DNA of 64,000 bases from an uncultured bacterium (GCA_963695095.1 CAVOFT010000001.1:3520001-3584000), one strand, 5' to 3'; positions 19,237 through 28,711 are shown, numbered from the stretch's first letter. The notes: generated from the sequence alone by a model not told the origin. Made by a program: numbers and translations.

Positions 19237-20972
19237 CCCAATCACACGATGCATCCGCCCTCACGCGCCGCGAATTCCTGGCCATGTCGGGCAGCGTTGT
19301 CGGGCTTGCCTCGATGGGGCTGGCTGGCGCCTGGGCGAGGAACATGGTCGAACTGGATCCCAGCGCGATCACCAACACCGACCACGCGACCGATGTGCTC
19401 GTCATTGGCGGCGGCATGGCAGGGCTGTTCGCTGCGGTGAAGGCGCACGACGCCGGGGCCAGCGCGATGATCGTGTCCAAGGGACGGCTGGGATCCTCCG
19501 GCATGACTCCCTTCGCCAAGGGGTTCTTCCTCTATGATCCCGAGACCGAAGAGATTTCGGTGGACGAGTTTGTGGACACCGTATCCCGCTCGGCGCTTGG
19601 CACCAGCAATCCGGTCTACACTCGCCAACTGGCCGAGCATTCCCTGGATCGGGCGCGCGAGCTGCGCGAGTGGGGCTTCTTCGATCAGACCCTGGCGAAC
19701 CGGCCGTTCATGAAACCCATCACGGAACGGGACATCCCGCTGATCGAACGGGTGGTCATCACCCATCTGATCAAGGAAGACGGGAAGATCGCAGGTGCCG
19801 CCGGCTTCCGCCTGGACGCCGAGGAGACAATCACCATCCAAGCAAAGACGGTGATCCTGTGCACCGGGGCTGGCGGCTTCAAACCCAGTGGTTTTCCGGT
19901 CTGCGATCTGACCCACGACGGCACGATCATGGCCTATCAGATCGGTGCGAAGGTCACCGGCAAGGAATGGAACGACGGCCACGCCGGAAGGTCCGTCAAT
20001 CCCGCGGCCTGCTATGACGGCTGGGGCGACATGTTCGATCGCATCCCGGGCACGAACGGTGTCGAGGTCCACCATGATCTGGGTGTCGAGGCGAACTACC
20101 AGGCCTACGTGCTGGGAAACCCCGTTGGCGGGGGCCCGCCGGGCCGCGGCAACGGCAGCACCGTTGCCGGCGGCCCGACCACGCCGCAGGAATTCCAGCG
20201 TACGGGGCGCCCCGGCCCCGGGCCGGACGGCGAGGGCGGAGGCCCGCCTCCCGGCGGCGGCGCCCCGGGCGCGGACGCCATGCGAGGCCATTCCATGGGC
20301 GGAGCTTCCGCAGGCATGGCCATCCACAAGTCGGAAGGAGTGGTGCCAATCGATGATCGCTGTGCCTCCAACATCCCCGGCCTTTACGCGGCGGGCGATG
20401 CCCTGGGCAGCTACATGGCGGGCGCCATCTATACCCAGATCGGCTCGTCCCTGGCTGGATCCGCCGTGCAGGGCGCCATCGCGGGCGAAGCGGCAGCGGA
20501 ATTCGCCGCAACGGTGGCTGCGCCGACCATCCCCGACGCCAAACTGGCCGAAGTGATCGACGACATCCTCGCGCCCCTGAAACGCGAGGCCGGCTATGGG
20601 CCCGCATGGGTCACTCAGACGCTTCAGGGCGTGATGATCCCGAACTTCGTGCTCTACATCAAGAAAGAGCCGATCATGCTAGCCGCGCTTGCCTATATCG
20701 AGGAACTGCGCGACCACCACGCGCCGATGCTGCGCGCAGCCAACATGCATGAGCTGCGACTGGTGTTTGAGACCCGCAACATGATCCTGAGTGCCGAGAT
20801 GAAGCTGCGGGCGTCACTGATGCGCACCGAAAGCCGGTGCAGCCACTATCGGTTGGACTACCCGGACACGGACGATGAGAACTGGCGGGCCTGGATCAAC
20901 ATCCTCAAGGGCGCGGATGGCCGCATGCGACTCGAGAAGCAGGCCTTCGACAGCTGGCCCGACCGGGCTTAG
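19233..20972 (+). CDS. Tat-exported FAD-dependent oxidoreductase, SdhA/FrdA/AprA superfamily
   Basis: TRREFL Tat motif; DVLVIGGGMAG; IPGLYAAGD; RTESRCSHYRLDYP. Confidence 0.85.
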   Translation: MTQSHDASALTRREFLAMSGSVVGLASMGLAGAWARNMVELDPSAITNTDHATDVLVIGGGMAGLFAAVKAHDAGASAMIVSKGRLGSSGMTPFAKGFFLYDPETEEISVDEFVDTVSRSALGTSNPVYTRQLAEHSLDRARELREWGFFDQTLANRPFMKPITERDIPLIERVVITHLIKEDGKIAGAAGFRLDAEETITIQAKTVILCTGAGGFKPSGFPVCDLTHDGTIMAYQIGAKVTGKEWNDGHAGRSVNPAACYDGWGDMFDRIPGTNGVEVHHDLGVEANYQAYVLGNPVGGGPPGRGNGSTVAGGPTTPQEFQRTGRPGPGPDGEGGGPPPGGGAPGADAMRGHSMGGASAGMAIHKSEGVVPIDDRCASNIPGLYAAGDALGSYMAGAIYTQIGSSLAGSAVQGAIAGEAAAEFAATVAAPTIPDAKLAEVIDDILAPLKREAGYGPAWVTQTLQGVMIPNFVLYIKKEPIMLAALAYIEELRDHHAPMLRAANMHELRLVFETRNMILSAEMKLRASLMRTESRCSHYRLDYPDTDDENWRAWINILKGADGRMRLEKQAFDSWPDRA

Positions 20973-21071
20973 CTGCCGCGTTCATGTGCGGCCAGCAAGG
21001 AAACGCGTGTACGCCCGCTTCACTTCTGTTACCTTTCAAGCCCTTTCCCGAACCGGCCGGAACTGGCCCAT

Positions 21072-21755
21072 GTGTCCACCGATCACTCGCCAAAGGAGCC
21101 TATTGTGGAAAGCCCTGGCGTCAGACGGACCACCAACCTGATTCTGTTCCTCCTCGTGTTCGGATGTATGGGCCTCTTCGCGGGAGGCTGTGGAACTTCA
21201 CGGCTCGTAGAGCTTTGGAGCGATTCCGCGTATACCGCAGGTCCTTTGAACAGGATTCTGGTTATCTCCTTCCGACCGGATCCGGTCCAACGCCGGATTT
21301 CGGAGGATGCTTTCGTCGCGGCGCTCCAGAAGCGGAACGCGGTCGCGGTACCGTCTCACCAGCTCTTCCCCGAGGCAATTCCCGACACGACCGCTTTGCG
21401 TCAGAAGCTCGAGGAGGAACGCTTCGATGGGGTCCTCGTGCTCGTCAAGGCCGAGCGCGAGATGATCGAATCCCACGTGCCTGGCTACACGACCCGCGAT
21501 GAGGTCACCACGTTCGATACTCGATGGAATAAGTACGTGACTCACCGCGAGACGGTTCAACATGAGGGGTATACGGAAACGGTCATGTCGATACGGATAC
21601 AGACCGACCTTCTGCTGGCGCAGGAAGGGGGACGACTGCTCTGGTCGGGGACGAGCGAAACGATCGACCCAACCTCCCGTCAGCAGGTGAGGGAAACCGT
21701 TGCGGAACTCGTTGCCAGAGAACTACAGAGACAGAAGTTGATCCCGGCGGAGTAG
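21072..21755 (+). CDS. Hypothetical lipoprotein (DUF4136-like)
   Basis: AGGC lipobox; RRISEDAF and LLWSGTSETIDP; start codon uncertain. Confidence 0.65.
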   Translation: MSTDHSPKEPIVESPGVRRTTNLILFLLVFGCMGLFAGGCGTSRLVELWSDSAYTAGPLNRILVISFRPDPVQRRISEDAFVAALQKRNAVAVPSHQLFPEAIPDTTALRQKLEEERFDGVLVLVKAEREMIESHVPGYTTRDEVTTFDTRWNKYVTHRETVQHEGYTETVMSIRIQTDLLLAQEGGRLLWSGTSETIDPTSRQQVRETVAELVARELQRQKLIPAE

Positions 21756-21892
21756 TGAACCTGCCTCCCTGTCCCGCAGATTCCGTCGGCCTTGGCCCAG
21801 ATCAGGCTAAGACCTTCTCGTCATGGTGAGATCGGGAGACGGAACCGCCCCGGGATTGCCGTCGACTCCACGTTCTCGAGCAGATGGAGTTA

Positions 21893-21908
21893 TGGCACGG
21901 CCTAAGCA
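21893..21908 (+). promoter_or_regulatory. Possible sigma54 -24/-12 promoter
   Basis: TGGCACGGCCTAAGCA (TGGCAC with exact GG-N10-GC spacing). Confidence 0.4.
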
Positions 21909-22103
21909 ATAGCCCCGGGAGCTGCGAGAGCGGGCGATCCGCCCGATCCGATTTTTGCGGTTACTTGCTCCTTATCGCAACTCCTCTCCAGATAGGTGCT
22001 GCGATGACCATTTGAATCAGGGCAGTGCGCATCGATTCGTTTCGCTGGGCTCGTGTGTTCTCAGCTCACCCGCGCCAGGACGCGCCGCCAAGGGAGGATC
22101 TGC

Positions 22104-22547
22104 ATGCCGGAAGCACTGCGCGTTGTCGCCCGATTCAGCGATGGCAGCATCCTCAAGGGCAACACCTGGGATTTCAATCCCACTGGCCGGATGTTCCACC
22201 TCTTCCCGATCGGCAGCACCGAGGCCTGCGAGGTCCAGTGCGACCAGCTCAAGGCGCTCTTCTTCGTCAAGACCTTCGAGGGGGACCGGGAGCGGCCCAA
22301 GCTCAAGGGCTTCCTCGCGGCTCCGTCCGAGACCTCCAAGGGCAAGAAGGTGGCGGTCCTGTTTCGGGATGGTGAGCTCGAGTGCGGCTACTCGTTGACC
22401 TACAACCCGAACCGCAGCGGGTTCTTCCTCTTCCCGGCGGACAACGCCAGCAACAACATCCGCGTCTTCGTCATCGTGGCGGCCGCAGCGGAGATCAAGG
22501 CTGGTCCGGCGGCCGATGCCCTCGCGGAGCGGGTGCTCGCGAGCTAG
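22104..22547 (+). CDS. Hypothetical protein with internal duplication (DUF6982-like)
   Basis: GGAGG RBS; VVARFSDGSILKG / VAVLFRDGELECG repeated halves; LKALFFVK; GFFLFPAD..NN. Confidence 0.7.
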   Translation: MPEALRVVARFSDGSILKGNTWDFNPTGRMFHLFPIGSTEACEVQCDQLKALFFVKTFEGDRERPKLKGFLAAPSETSKGKKVAVLFRDGELECGYSLTYNPNRSGFFLFPADNASNNIRVFVIVAAAAEIKAGPAADALAERVLAS

Positions 22548-22608
22548 GCGGGCGCGACCAGGGACCCTGCCGCTCCCTAGGCCATGAGGACTTGGCTGGC
22601 GAGCCGCG

Positions 22609-22637
22609 TTGCCTGCTGGCGATTGATCTGCTAATAT
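22609..22637 (+). promoter_or_regulatory. Sigma70-type promoter
   Basis: TTGCCT-17nt-TAATAT with extended TGn, upstream of 22765. Confidence 0.5.
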
Positions 22638-22764
22638 TATCGTGTTCGCCGGACGCCGGATGGGGAGAGCGCCTTCCCCCGCATCCGGTGCCCTCCAGTA
22701 CTGCAGAGGATGTGATTCGGGAAATGGGCGGGTGTCGACTCCAAGCGGCACGAGGAGTGGCAAC

Positions 22765-23340
22765 ATGAAGCGACTCGCGATTGCCTTCCTGATTCTGCTC
22801 GCGGCTGGGGATGCCACCGCCCAGTGGTACCCGCTCATTGGAATCTACGGCAGCGAGGCCGGAGTCACCTGCGAACTGGACATGGACCCGTACGTCCAGG
22901 CCACCGCCTACCTCCTCGCGGTCCTGCCCGACGACATGCCCGGGATCACGGCTTGCGAGTTCCGCATCGACAACCTGCCGACGCCGGAAATGGCGCTCAT
23001 CTTCTACGACTGGAATACGCCGCTGGTCATCGGCAGCGCGGGCTACGGCATCGCCCTCGCCTTCTCCCCGCCCCTGATCGGCCGTGCGGTCCCCCTGGGC
23101 TCGATCTCCCTTTATCCGCTGCTCAACATCCCGGACGATTGGCGACTGACCATCGAGCCCAGCTACAGCAGCGGCCAGCTCCTCGTCGTCGACCTGAGCT
23201 ACGAAGAGATCCCCGCCAACGGCGACTTTCTCACCCTCAATTGCACGGGGGCCATTTTCTGGGGCTGCAATTGCCTGTTTCCCTGGTGGACCACGGCCGT
23301 GCAGGAGAACTCCTGGGGTCAGATCAAGGCCCTCTACTAG
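22765..23340 (+). CDS. Secreted protein with C-terminal TAVQENSWGQIKALY tail
   Basis: GAGGAG RBS; signal peptide MKRLAIAFLILLAAGDATA; beta-rich body. Confidence 0.8.
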   Translation: MKRLAIAFLILLAAGDATAQWYPLIGIYGSEAGVTCELDMDPYVQATAYLLAVLPDDMPGITACEFRIDNLPTPEMALIFYDWNTPLVIGSAGYGIALAFSPPLIGRAVPLGSISLYPLLNIPDDWRLTIEPSYSSGQLLVVDLSYEEIPANGDFLTLNCTGAIFWGCNCLFPWWTTAVQENSWGQIKALY

Positions 23341-23455
23341 CTGCCGCGATCAGTCAGATTTCGCAGCGCGGTGTAGAGGGCTCTGCTCATGCCGCCGCGG
23401 GCGCCCTCCCGGCCTGCGGCCGCCTGTGCTATCTTGGGCGCCGGAGGTAGCCACA

Positions 23456-24094
23456 ATGGAGCCCACGCGCGTCATCGTCGCCATGACCGGCGCCAGCGCC
23501 ACGCCCTACGCCTGGCGCCTGCTCGGCCTGCTCGCTGAGGCCGGCGTGGGCGTCGAGCTGATGCTGAGCGAGAACATCGACGCCCTCTGCCGCGTGGAGC
23601 TGGGCACGAGCGCCGCGGACGAACTGGCCAAGGTCTACGGCCGCCCGCTCGCCGCCGGCGAAACCCTGGGCAAGGCCGCCGACGGCGGGCCGCTCCTGCG
23701 TCGCCACGGACTCCAAGACTTCGCCGCCGCGGCCGCCAGCGGCAGCGGGCAGGACGTGCCCATGGCCATCGTGCCCTGCTCGACGGGCACGCTGGGCCGC
23801 ATCGCGGGCGGCATCAGCGACAACCTCATCACCCGCGCCGCGGACGTCTGCCTCAAGGAGCGCCGCCGCCTGGTGCTCGTGCCCCGCGAGACGCCGCTCT
23901 CCGCCATCCACCTGGAGAACATGCTGTGCCTGACCCGGGCGGGCGCGGTGATCCTGCCCGCCAGCCCCGGCTTCTACCAGGGCAGCGAGCGCGTGGATCA
24001 GCTCGTGGACTTCGTCGTCGCCCGGATCCTGGGGCAGCTCGGCCTGCGCCGGCTCTCGCCGCAGGCCGGCTGGGGCGAGGAGCCGCCGGCGTGA
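23456..24094 (+). CDS. ubiX: Flavin prenyltransferase
   Basis: VAMTGASA, ASGS, PCSTGTLGRIA, RAADVCLKERRRLVLVPRETP and PASPGFY. Confidence 0.93.
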   Translation: MEPTRVIVAMTGASATPYAWRLLGLLAEAGVGVELMLSENIDALCRVELGTSAADELAKVYGRPLAAGETLGKAADGGPLLRRHGLQDFAAAAASGSGQDVPMAIVPCSTGTLGRIAGGISDNLITRAADVCLKERRRLVLVPRETPLSAIHLENMLCLTRAGAVILPASPGFYQGSERVDQLVDFVVARILGQLGLRRLSPQAGWGEEPPA

Positions 24095-24999
24095 GCGCGC
24101 CCGCCGCCACCCGCGAAGCCCCCCGCGGCTTCCTCGGCCGCCTCGGCGCCGTGCTCGCCATGATCGCCTTCCCGCACACGCTCTTCGCCCTGCCCTTCGC
24201 CCTCTTCGGCACCATGCTCGCCGCCCGCGAGGCCTTGCCCCCCGGCTGGCCGGGCTGGCGCGCTCTGCTGCTCATCCTCGGCTGCATGGTGACCGCCCGC
24301 AGCGCGGCCATGGCCTACAACCGCCTCGTGGACCAGCGCCTGGACGCCGACAACCCCCGCACGGCGGGCCGCCATCTGCCGGCGGGGCTTCTCAGCCGCG
24401 CCTGGGTGGGCGCCTTCGTCGTCGTGAACGCGGCGCTGTTCATGGCCCTCGCCACCTTGCTCGGGCCTCTGCCCGGGCGGCTCGCACCCCTGGCCCTGCT
24501 GTGGTTGCTCGGCTACTCGCACGCCAAGCGCTTCACGGTGGCCAGCCACTTCTGGCTGGGCCTCTCGCTGGCCATCGCGCCCATCGGCGCCTGGGTCGCC
24601 GTGCGCGGCACGCTCGCCGGCGCGCCCTGGCTGCTCGCCCTCGCCGTGCTGCTCTGGGTGGCGGGCTTCGACCTCATCTACGCCCTGCAAGACGCCGCCT
24701 TCGACCGCGAGCGCGGCCTGCATTCGCTCGCCGCGCGCCTCGGCCCGGCGGGCACCCTGCGCCTGGCCGCGCTCTGCCACCTCGGGATGCTCGTCGCCCT
24801 CGCCCTGCTCGGCGTCCAGCAGGGGCTCAGGCTTCCCTTCGGGGTCGGCCTGGCCCTGGCCGCGATCTTGCTGTTCTGGGAGCACCGCGTGGTGCGCGGG
24901 GGCGATCTCGCCCGCATCGACCTGGCCTTCTTCCGCATCAACAGCTGGATCGGCGTGCTGATCTTCCTGGCCGGGGGCCTGGCCATCCTGCTCGGCTGA
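24091..24999 (+). CDS. ubiA: UbiA-family polyprenyltransferase (MqnP-like)
   Basis: HTLFALPFA, ARSAAMAYNRLVD..D..NPRT and GFDLIYALQD; GTGA overlap with ubiX. Confidence 0.88.
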   Translation: MSAPAATREAPRGFLGRLGAVLAMIAFPHTLFALPFALFGTMLAAREALPPGWPGWRALLLILGCMVTARSAAMAYNRLVDQRLDADNPRTAGRHLPAGLLSRAWVGAFVVVNAALFMALATLLGPLPGRLAPLALLWLLGYSHAKRFTVASHFWLGLSLAIAPIGAWVAVRGTLAGAPWLLALAVLLWVAGFDLIYALQDAAFDRERGLHSLAARLGPAGTLRLAALCHLGMLVALALLGVQQGLRLPFGVGLALAAILLFWEHRVVRGGDLARIDLAFFRINSWIGVLIFLAGGLAILLG

Positions 25000-25127
25000 G
25001 GCGCGCGCGGGCCGCAAGCGAGGCCCTGCCGGGCCGCGTCCGCACGCGGGAATCTGCGCTTGCCGGATCGGGCGGGCCTGCCTATCCTGGCGCCTCACGC
25101 CCGGGCAAACACGCGCAAGGAGGCTTC

Positions 25128-25991
25128 ATGCACAGGCTTCGCATCGGTGTGATCTCGTTCGTCAACACGCTGCCGCTCACGCGCGGCCTCGAGCGCGATC
25201 ACAGCCCCGATGTCGAGCTGGTCTATGCAAGCCCCAGCGCGCTGGCCGACCGCCTGCGCTACGGTGAACTCGACGCCGCCCTCATTCCCGCCGTCGAGTT
25301 CTTTCGCGGTGTCGGCGCCGGCGTGGTGCCCGGGCTCTGCATCGGCAGCCGCGGCGCGGTGGAGAGCATTCGCCTCCTCAGCAAGAAGCCCCTGGCCGAG
25401 CTGGACGCCGTGCTCGTCGACCAGGCCAGCCGCACCAGCGTGGCCATGCTGCGCCTGCTGCTCGATCGCGTGCATCGCGTGAACCCGGACTTCTTCAGCT
25501 TCCGGCCGAATCCCGCGCGGCCCTTCGTCGGCCCCGACGGCGAGGAGGCCCCGGCCGCGCTGCTCATCGGCGACGCTGCCATGGAGCTGAACCCCCAGGG
25601 CGCGGCCCTCGACGTGGACCTCGGCGCCTGGTGGCAGTCCAGCTTTCAGCGCCCCTTCGTCTACGCGCTCTGGGTGACGCGCGCGGCGCCGGACACGCCC
25701 GACTTCGAGCGCCTGGCGGAACTGCTCCAGGCCAGCGCCGAGCGCGGCCGCCGCGAGCTGCCGCTGATCTGCGAGGAAGTGGCCGAGGCGCGGCGCTGGA
25801 CGGAGACGCGCGTGCACGAGTACCTCACGCGCTCCATCCACCACCAGCTCGACGAGGAGGCCCTGGCCGGCCTCGCCCGCTTCCGCGAGCTCTGCGTGGA
25901 GAGCTATCTCTGCCCCGATCGGCCCGAGGTACTGGCGAGCCTGACCGCCTTGCGCGGCGAGCCCCTGCGCACGAGCGGCCTCGGCGCCTGA
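25128..25991 (+). CDS. mqnA: Chorismate dehydratase (futalosine pathway)
   Basis: IGVISFVNTLPL, GAVESI, SRTSVAML, LLIGDAA and PFVYALW. Confidence 0.88.
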   Translation: MHRLRIGVISFVNTLPLTRGLERDHSPDVELVYASPSALADRLRYGELDAALIPAVEFFRGVGAGVVPGLCIGSRGAVESIRLLSKKPLAELDAVLVDQASRTSVAMLRLLLDRVHRVNPDFFSFRPNPARPFVGPDGEEAPAALLIGDAAMELNPQGAALDVDLGAWWQSSFQRPFVYALWVTRAAPDTPDFERLAELLQASAERGRRELPLICEEVAEARRWTETRVHEYLTRSIHHQLDEEALAGLARFRELCVESYLCPDRPEVLASLTALRGEPLRTSGLGA

Positions 25992-25996
25992 TCCCC

Positions 25997-27394
25997 ATGG
26001 CCGAAGCGCCCTGGTTGCGCTGCCGCCTGCCCGGCTTCGCGCCGGAGGCGATCGCGGAGCGCCAGGCGCTTGATCCCGACAGCGTCGACCTCTATCGCGC
26101 CGGGCTCATCCTGCCGGTCACCGCGCCGCCGATTGCCGACGGCGCTCTCGCCGTGCGGGCGGGCCGCCTCCTCGCCCTCGGCCCTGCCCGCGCAATCCTC
26201 GCCGCCCACCCCGGCGCGCGGCTCGTGGCGGAGCTGCCGGGCGCGGTCCTCATGCCGGGCCTCGTCAACGCGCACTGCCACCTCGCGCTCAGCTTCGCCC
26301 AGGGCGTAATCCCCCCCACGCGCGACTTCGTCGCCTGGATCCAGCGCCTCCTGCCTCTGCGTCGAAGCTGGACGGAGACGGAGTGGCGGCTGTCCCTGCT
26401 CGCCGGCCTCGGCGAGACCCTGCGCGGCGGCTGCACGCTGATCGGCGAGATCGCCACCGAGACCGAGGAGGCCACGGGCGACGTGCTCGCCGAGCTGGCA
26501 GCGCCCCTGCGCATTCGCGCCTTTCACGAGGCGCTGGGCTGGCTGCCCGCCCAGCGCGAGGCGGCCCTCGCGCGACTCGCCGCGCGCCTGGCGGCGCCGG
26601 GGCCGCGGCTGGCGCCGCCCGCCGAGCTCGCCCCCGGCATCAGCCCGCACGCGCCCTACAGCAGCCATCCTGCCCTCTACCGCGAGCTCTTCGCGCTGGC
26701 GCGCGAGCGCGGCCTGCCGCTCTCCACGCATCTGGCCGAGACCGAGGACGAGCGCCGCTGCGAGCGCGAGCACGCCGGGTCTCTCGCCGCGTTGCGCGAG
26801 CGCCTGGGCTGGCTGGCCGAGGGGCCGCGCCTGTGGAACGGGGGAGCGAGTGTCGTCGACTGGCTTCTGGATGCAGCGCCGGTGCCGGCGCTGCAGATCG
26901 TCCACGGCACCTGGCTCGACGAGGAGGAGATCGCGCGGCTCGCGGCCCGGCCCGAGATCAGCGTGGCCTACTGCCCGGGCTCGGTGGCCTGGTTCCATGG
27001 CGGCGAGGACGCGCATCCCGTCCTCGCCATGCTCGCGGCCGGGCTTCCCGTCGCGCTCGGCACGGACTCGCTGGCCAGCAGCCCCACGCTGAACCTGCCG
27101 CTCACCTGCACGCTCGCGAGGCGCGCGCACCCCGAACTCACGCCCGGGCAGCTCTTGTGGATGGTCACGCGGGCGGGAGCCCTGGGCCTCGGCTTCCCGG
27201 AGCACGGCGAGCTGCGCGCGGGCGGCCCGGCGGACTTCGTGGCCTTCGACCTGCCGGGGCGGCGGCGGACGGCGACCCCTGGCGTGGCCGAGGCCGTCGA
27301 GGGAGCGCTGCTCTCGGGCTATCAGGTGCCGGGGCTGTCCGTGATCGGCGGCCTCGCGCACGCCTTCGCCGCCATCAAGCCCTTCCCGGTCTAG
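25997..27394 (+). CDS. Amidohydrolase, probable aminodeoxyfutalosine deaminase
   Basis: PGLVNAHCHL, SPHAPYS, THLAET and ALGTDSLAS; directly follows mqnA. Confidence 0.75.
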   Translation: MAEAPWLRCRLPGFAPEAIAERQALDPDSVDLYRAGLILPVTAPPIADGALAVRAGRLLALGPARAILAAHPGARLVAELPGAVLMPGLVNAHCHLALSFAQGVIPPTRDFVAWIQRLLPLRRSWTETEWRLSLLAGLGETLRGGCTLIGEIATETEEATGDVLAELAAPLRIRAFHEALGWLPAQREAALARLAARLAAPGPRLAPPAELAPGISPHAPYSSHPALYRELFALARERGLPLSTHLAETEDERRCEREHAGSLAALRERLGWLAEGPRLWNGGASVVDWLLDAAPVPALQIVHGTWLDEEEIARLAARPEISVAYCPGSVAWFHGGEDAHPVLAMLAAGLPVALGTDSLASSPTLNLPLTCTLARRAHPELTPGQLLWMVTRAGALGLGFPEHGELRAGGPADFVAFDLPGRRRTATPGVAEAVEGALLSGYQVPGLSVIGGLAHAFAAIKPFPV

Positions 27395-28632
27395 TCGGTG
27401 AGGCCGCGCCCCTCGACGCAGAGCGTCTCGATGAGATCCAGCTCGCGGGCGACGCGCGCGTCCCAGGAGTCGAAGCCGGCGGCGCTGCGGCGCGCACCCG
27501 TGGCCAGGCGCGCGCGCAGGGCCTCGTCCTCGAGGACCGCGCGCAGGGCGGCGAGCAGGGCCGCGTCGTCCCCGGGCGGCACGAGGCGGCCGTTGGCGCC
27601 ATCCACCACCATCTCGCCCGTGCCGGCCACGTCGGTGGCCACGACCGGGCAGCCCATCACCATGGCCTCGCAGGTGGGGATGGACCCGTTGGAGTAGGTG
27701 TTCAGCGTGAGGAAGCAGTCCGCGGCGGCGAAGAGCGGCGGCACGGCGTCGTGGGCCACGGCGCCCAGGAAGAGGACGCGCTCGGCTTCCACCAGGCCGG
27801 CGGCCGCGCGGCGCATCCAGGCCTCGTCCTCGCCGCTGCCGGCGATCAGCACGCGCAGGGGACGCCGGCACTCGGCGAGCAGGCGCGGCAGGATGCGCAT
27901 GAGCTGGCGGGTGCCCTTGAAGGGGGACAGCCGCGCGAGGAAGAGCAGAACGGCCTCGTCCGGCGCCGCGCCCAGTTGCGCCCGCTCGCCCTCGCGATCG
28001 AGGGCCAGCTCGCCCCACTCGGTGTGAATGCCGTTGAGCAGGTAGACGATGCGTCCGGCCGGCACGCCCGCCGCGAGGGCGGCCTCGCGCCCGCGCGTGC
28101 CGTCGTTGAGGATGACGAGCCGGTCCACCGGGCGCGTGAGGCCGTAGAGGGTCTCCCAGTTCTTGTAGCGATACTTGAGGCGCGGCCACTGGTCGAAGAA
28201 GCCGGCCGTGTAGACGCCGAAGTGCTTGACCACGCTCGGAATCCCCAGCTCGCGCCCGATGGCTTCCGCCGCGCGCGCACCGTGGTAGCTGAAGCCGAGC
28301 ACCAACTGAGGTTTCACGGTGCGAGCAACCCTCAGCGCGCGGCGGACCACCGGACCGCAGTACCAGCCCATCCAGAGCAGGCGCCTCAGCGGCGTGGGCA
28401 GCCAGCGCGTGCTGCGGGTGATGTCGGGAAAGGGGTGCAGCAGGAGGCGCGGGTGTCGCTCGCCCGCGTCGAAGTTGCCGCCGGCCGGCAGCACGAAGTG
28501 CAGTTCGTGGCCCGCGGCGAGCGCCCGGCGCACGAACTCGGCGTCGTCGCTGACCCCGGCCTTGCCGGGCATCGACCAGAAGTCCGCCCAGGGCGTGACG
28601 ATGAGGATGCGGCGGGGCTGCCTCGGCTGCAT
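27391..28632 (-). CDS. Glycosyltransferase family 4
   Basis: LFLARL..FKG and EAMVMGCPVVATDVAGTGEMV..NGRLV. Confidence 0.9.
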   Translation of the reverse strand: MQPRQPRRILIVTPWADFWSMPGKAGVSDDAEFVRRALAAGHELHFVLPAGGNFDAGERHPRLLLHPFPDITRSTRWLPTPLRRLLWMGWYCGPVVRRALRVARTVKPQLVLGFSYHGARAAEAIGRELGIPSVVKHFGVYTAGFFDQWPRLKYRYKNWETLYGLTRPVDRLVILNDGTRGREAALAAGVPAGRIVYLLNGIHTEWGELALDREGERAQLGAAPDEAVLLFLARLSPFKGTRQLMRILPRLLAECRRPLRVLIAGSGEDEAWMRRAAAGLVEAERVLFLGAVAHDAVPPLFAAADCFLTLNTYSNGSIPTCEAMVMGCPVVATDVAGTGEMVVDGANGRLVPPGDDAALLAALRAVLEDEALRARLATGARRSAAGFDSWDARVARELDLIETLCVEGRGLTD

Positions 28633-28711
28633 GGGGCGAGCCTAGCATGCGGGCGGCCGGCCGGGAAGCGGGGCTTGTGGCCGCCGTGGCGCTTGCGCTA
28701 GCCTGCGAGGC

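Noticed and set aside
19233..20972. Calling the flavoprotein aprA or sdhA
   Set aside because: It has a Tat signal, lacks the diagnostic catalytic motifs, and has no sat/qmo or sdhB/C neighbours
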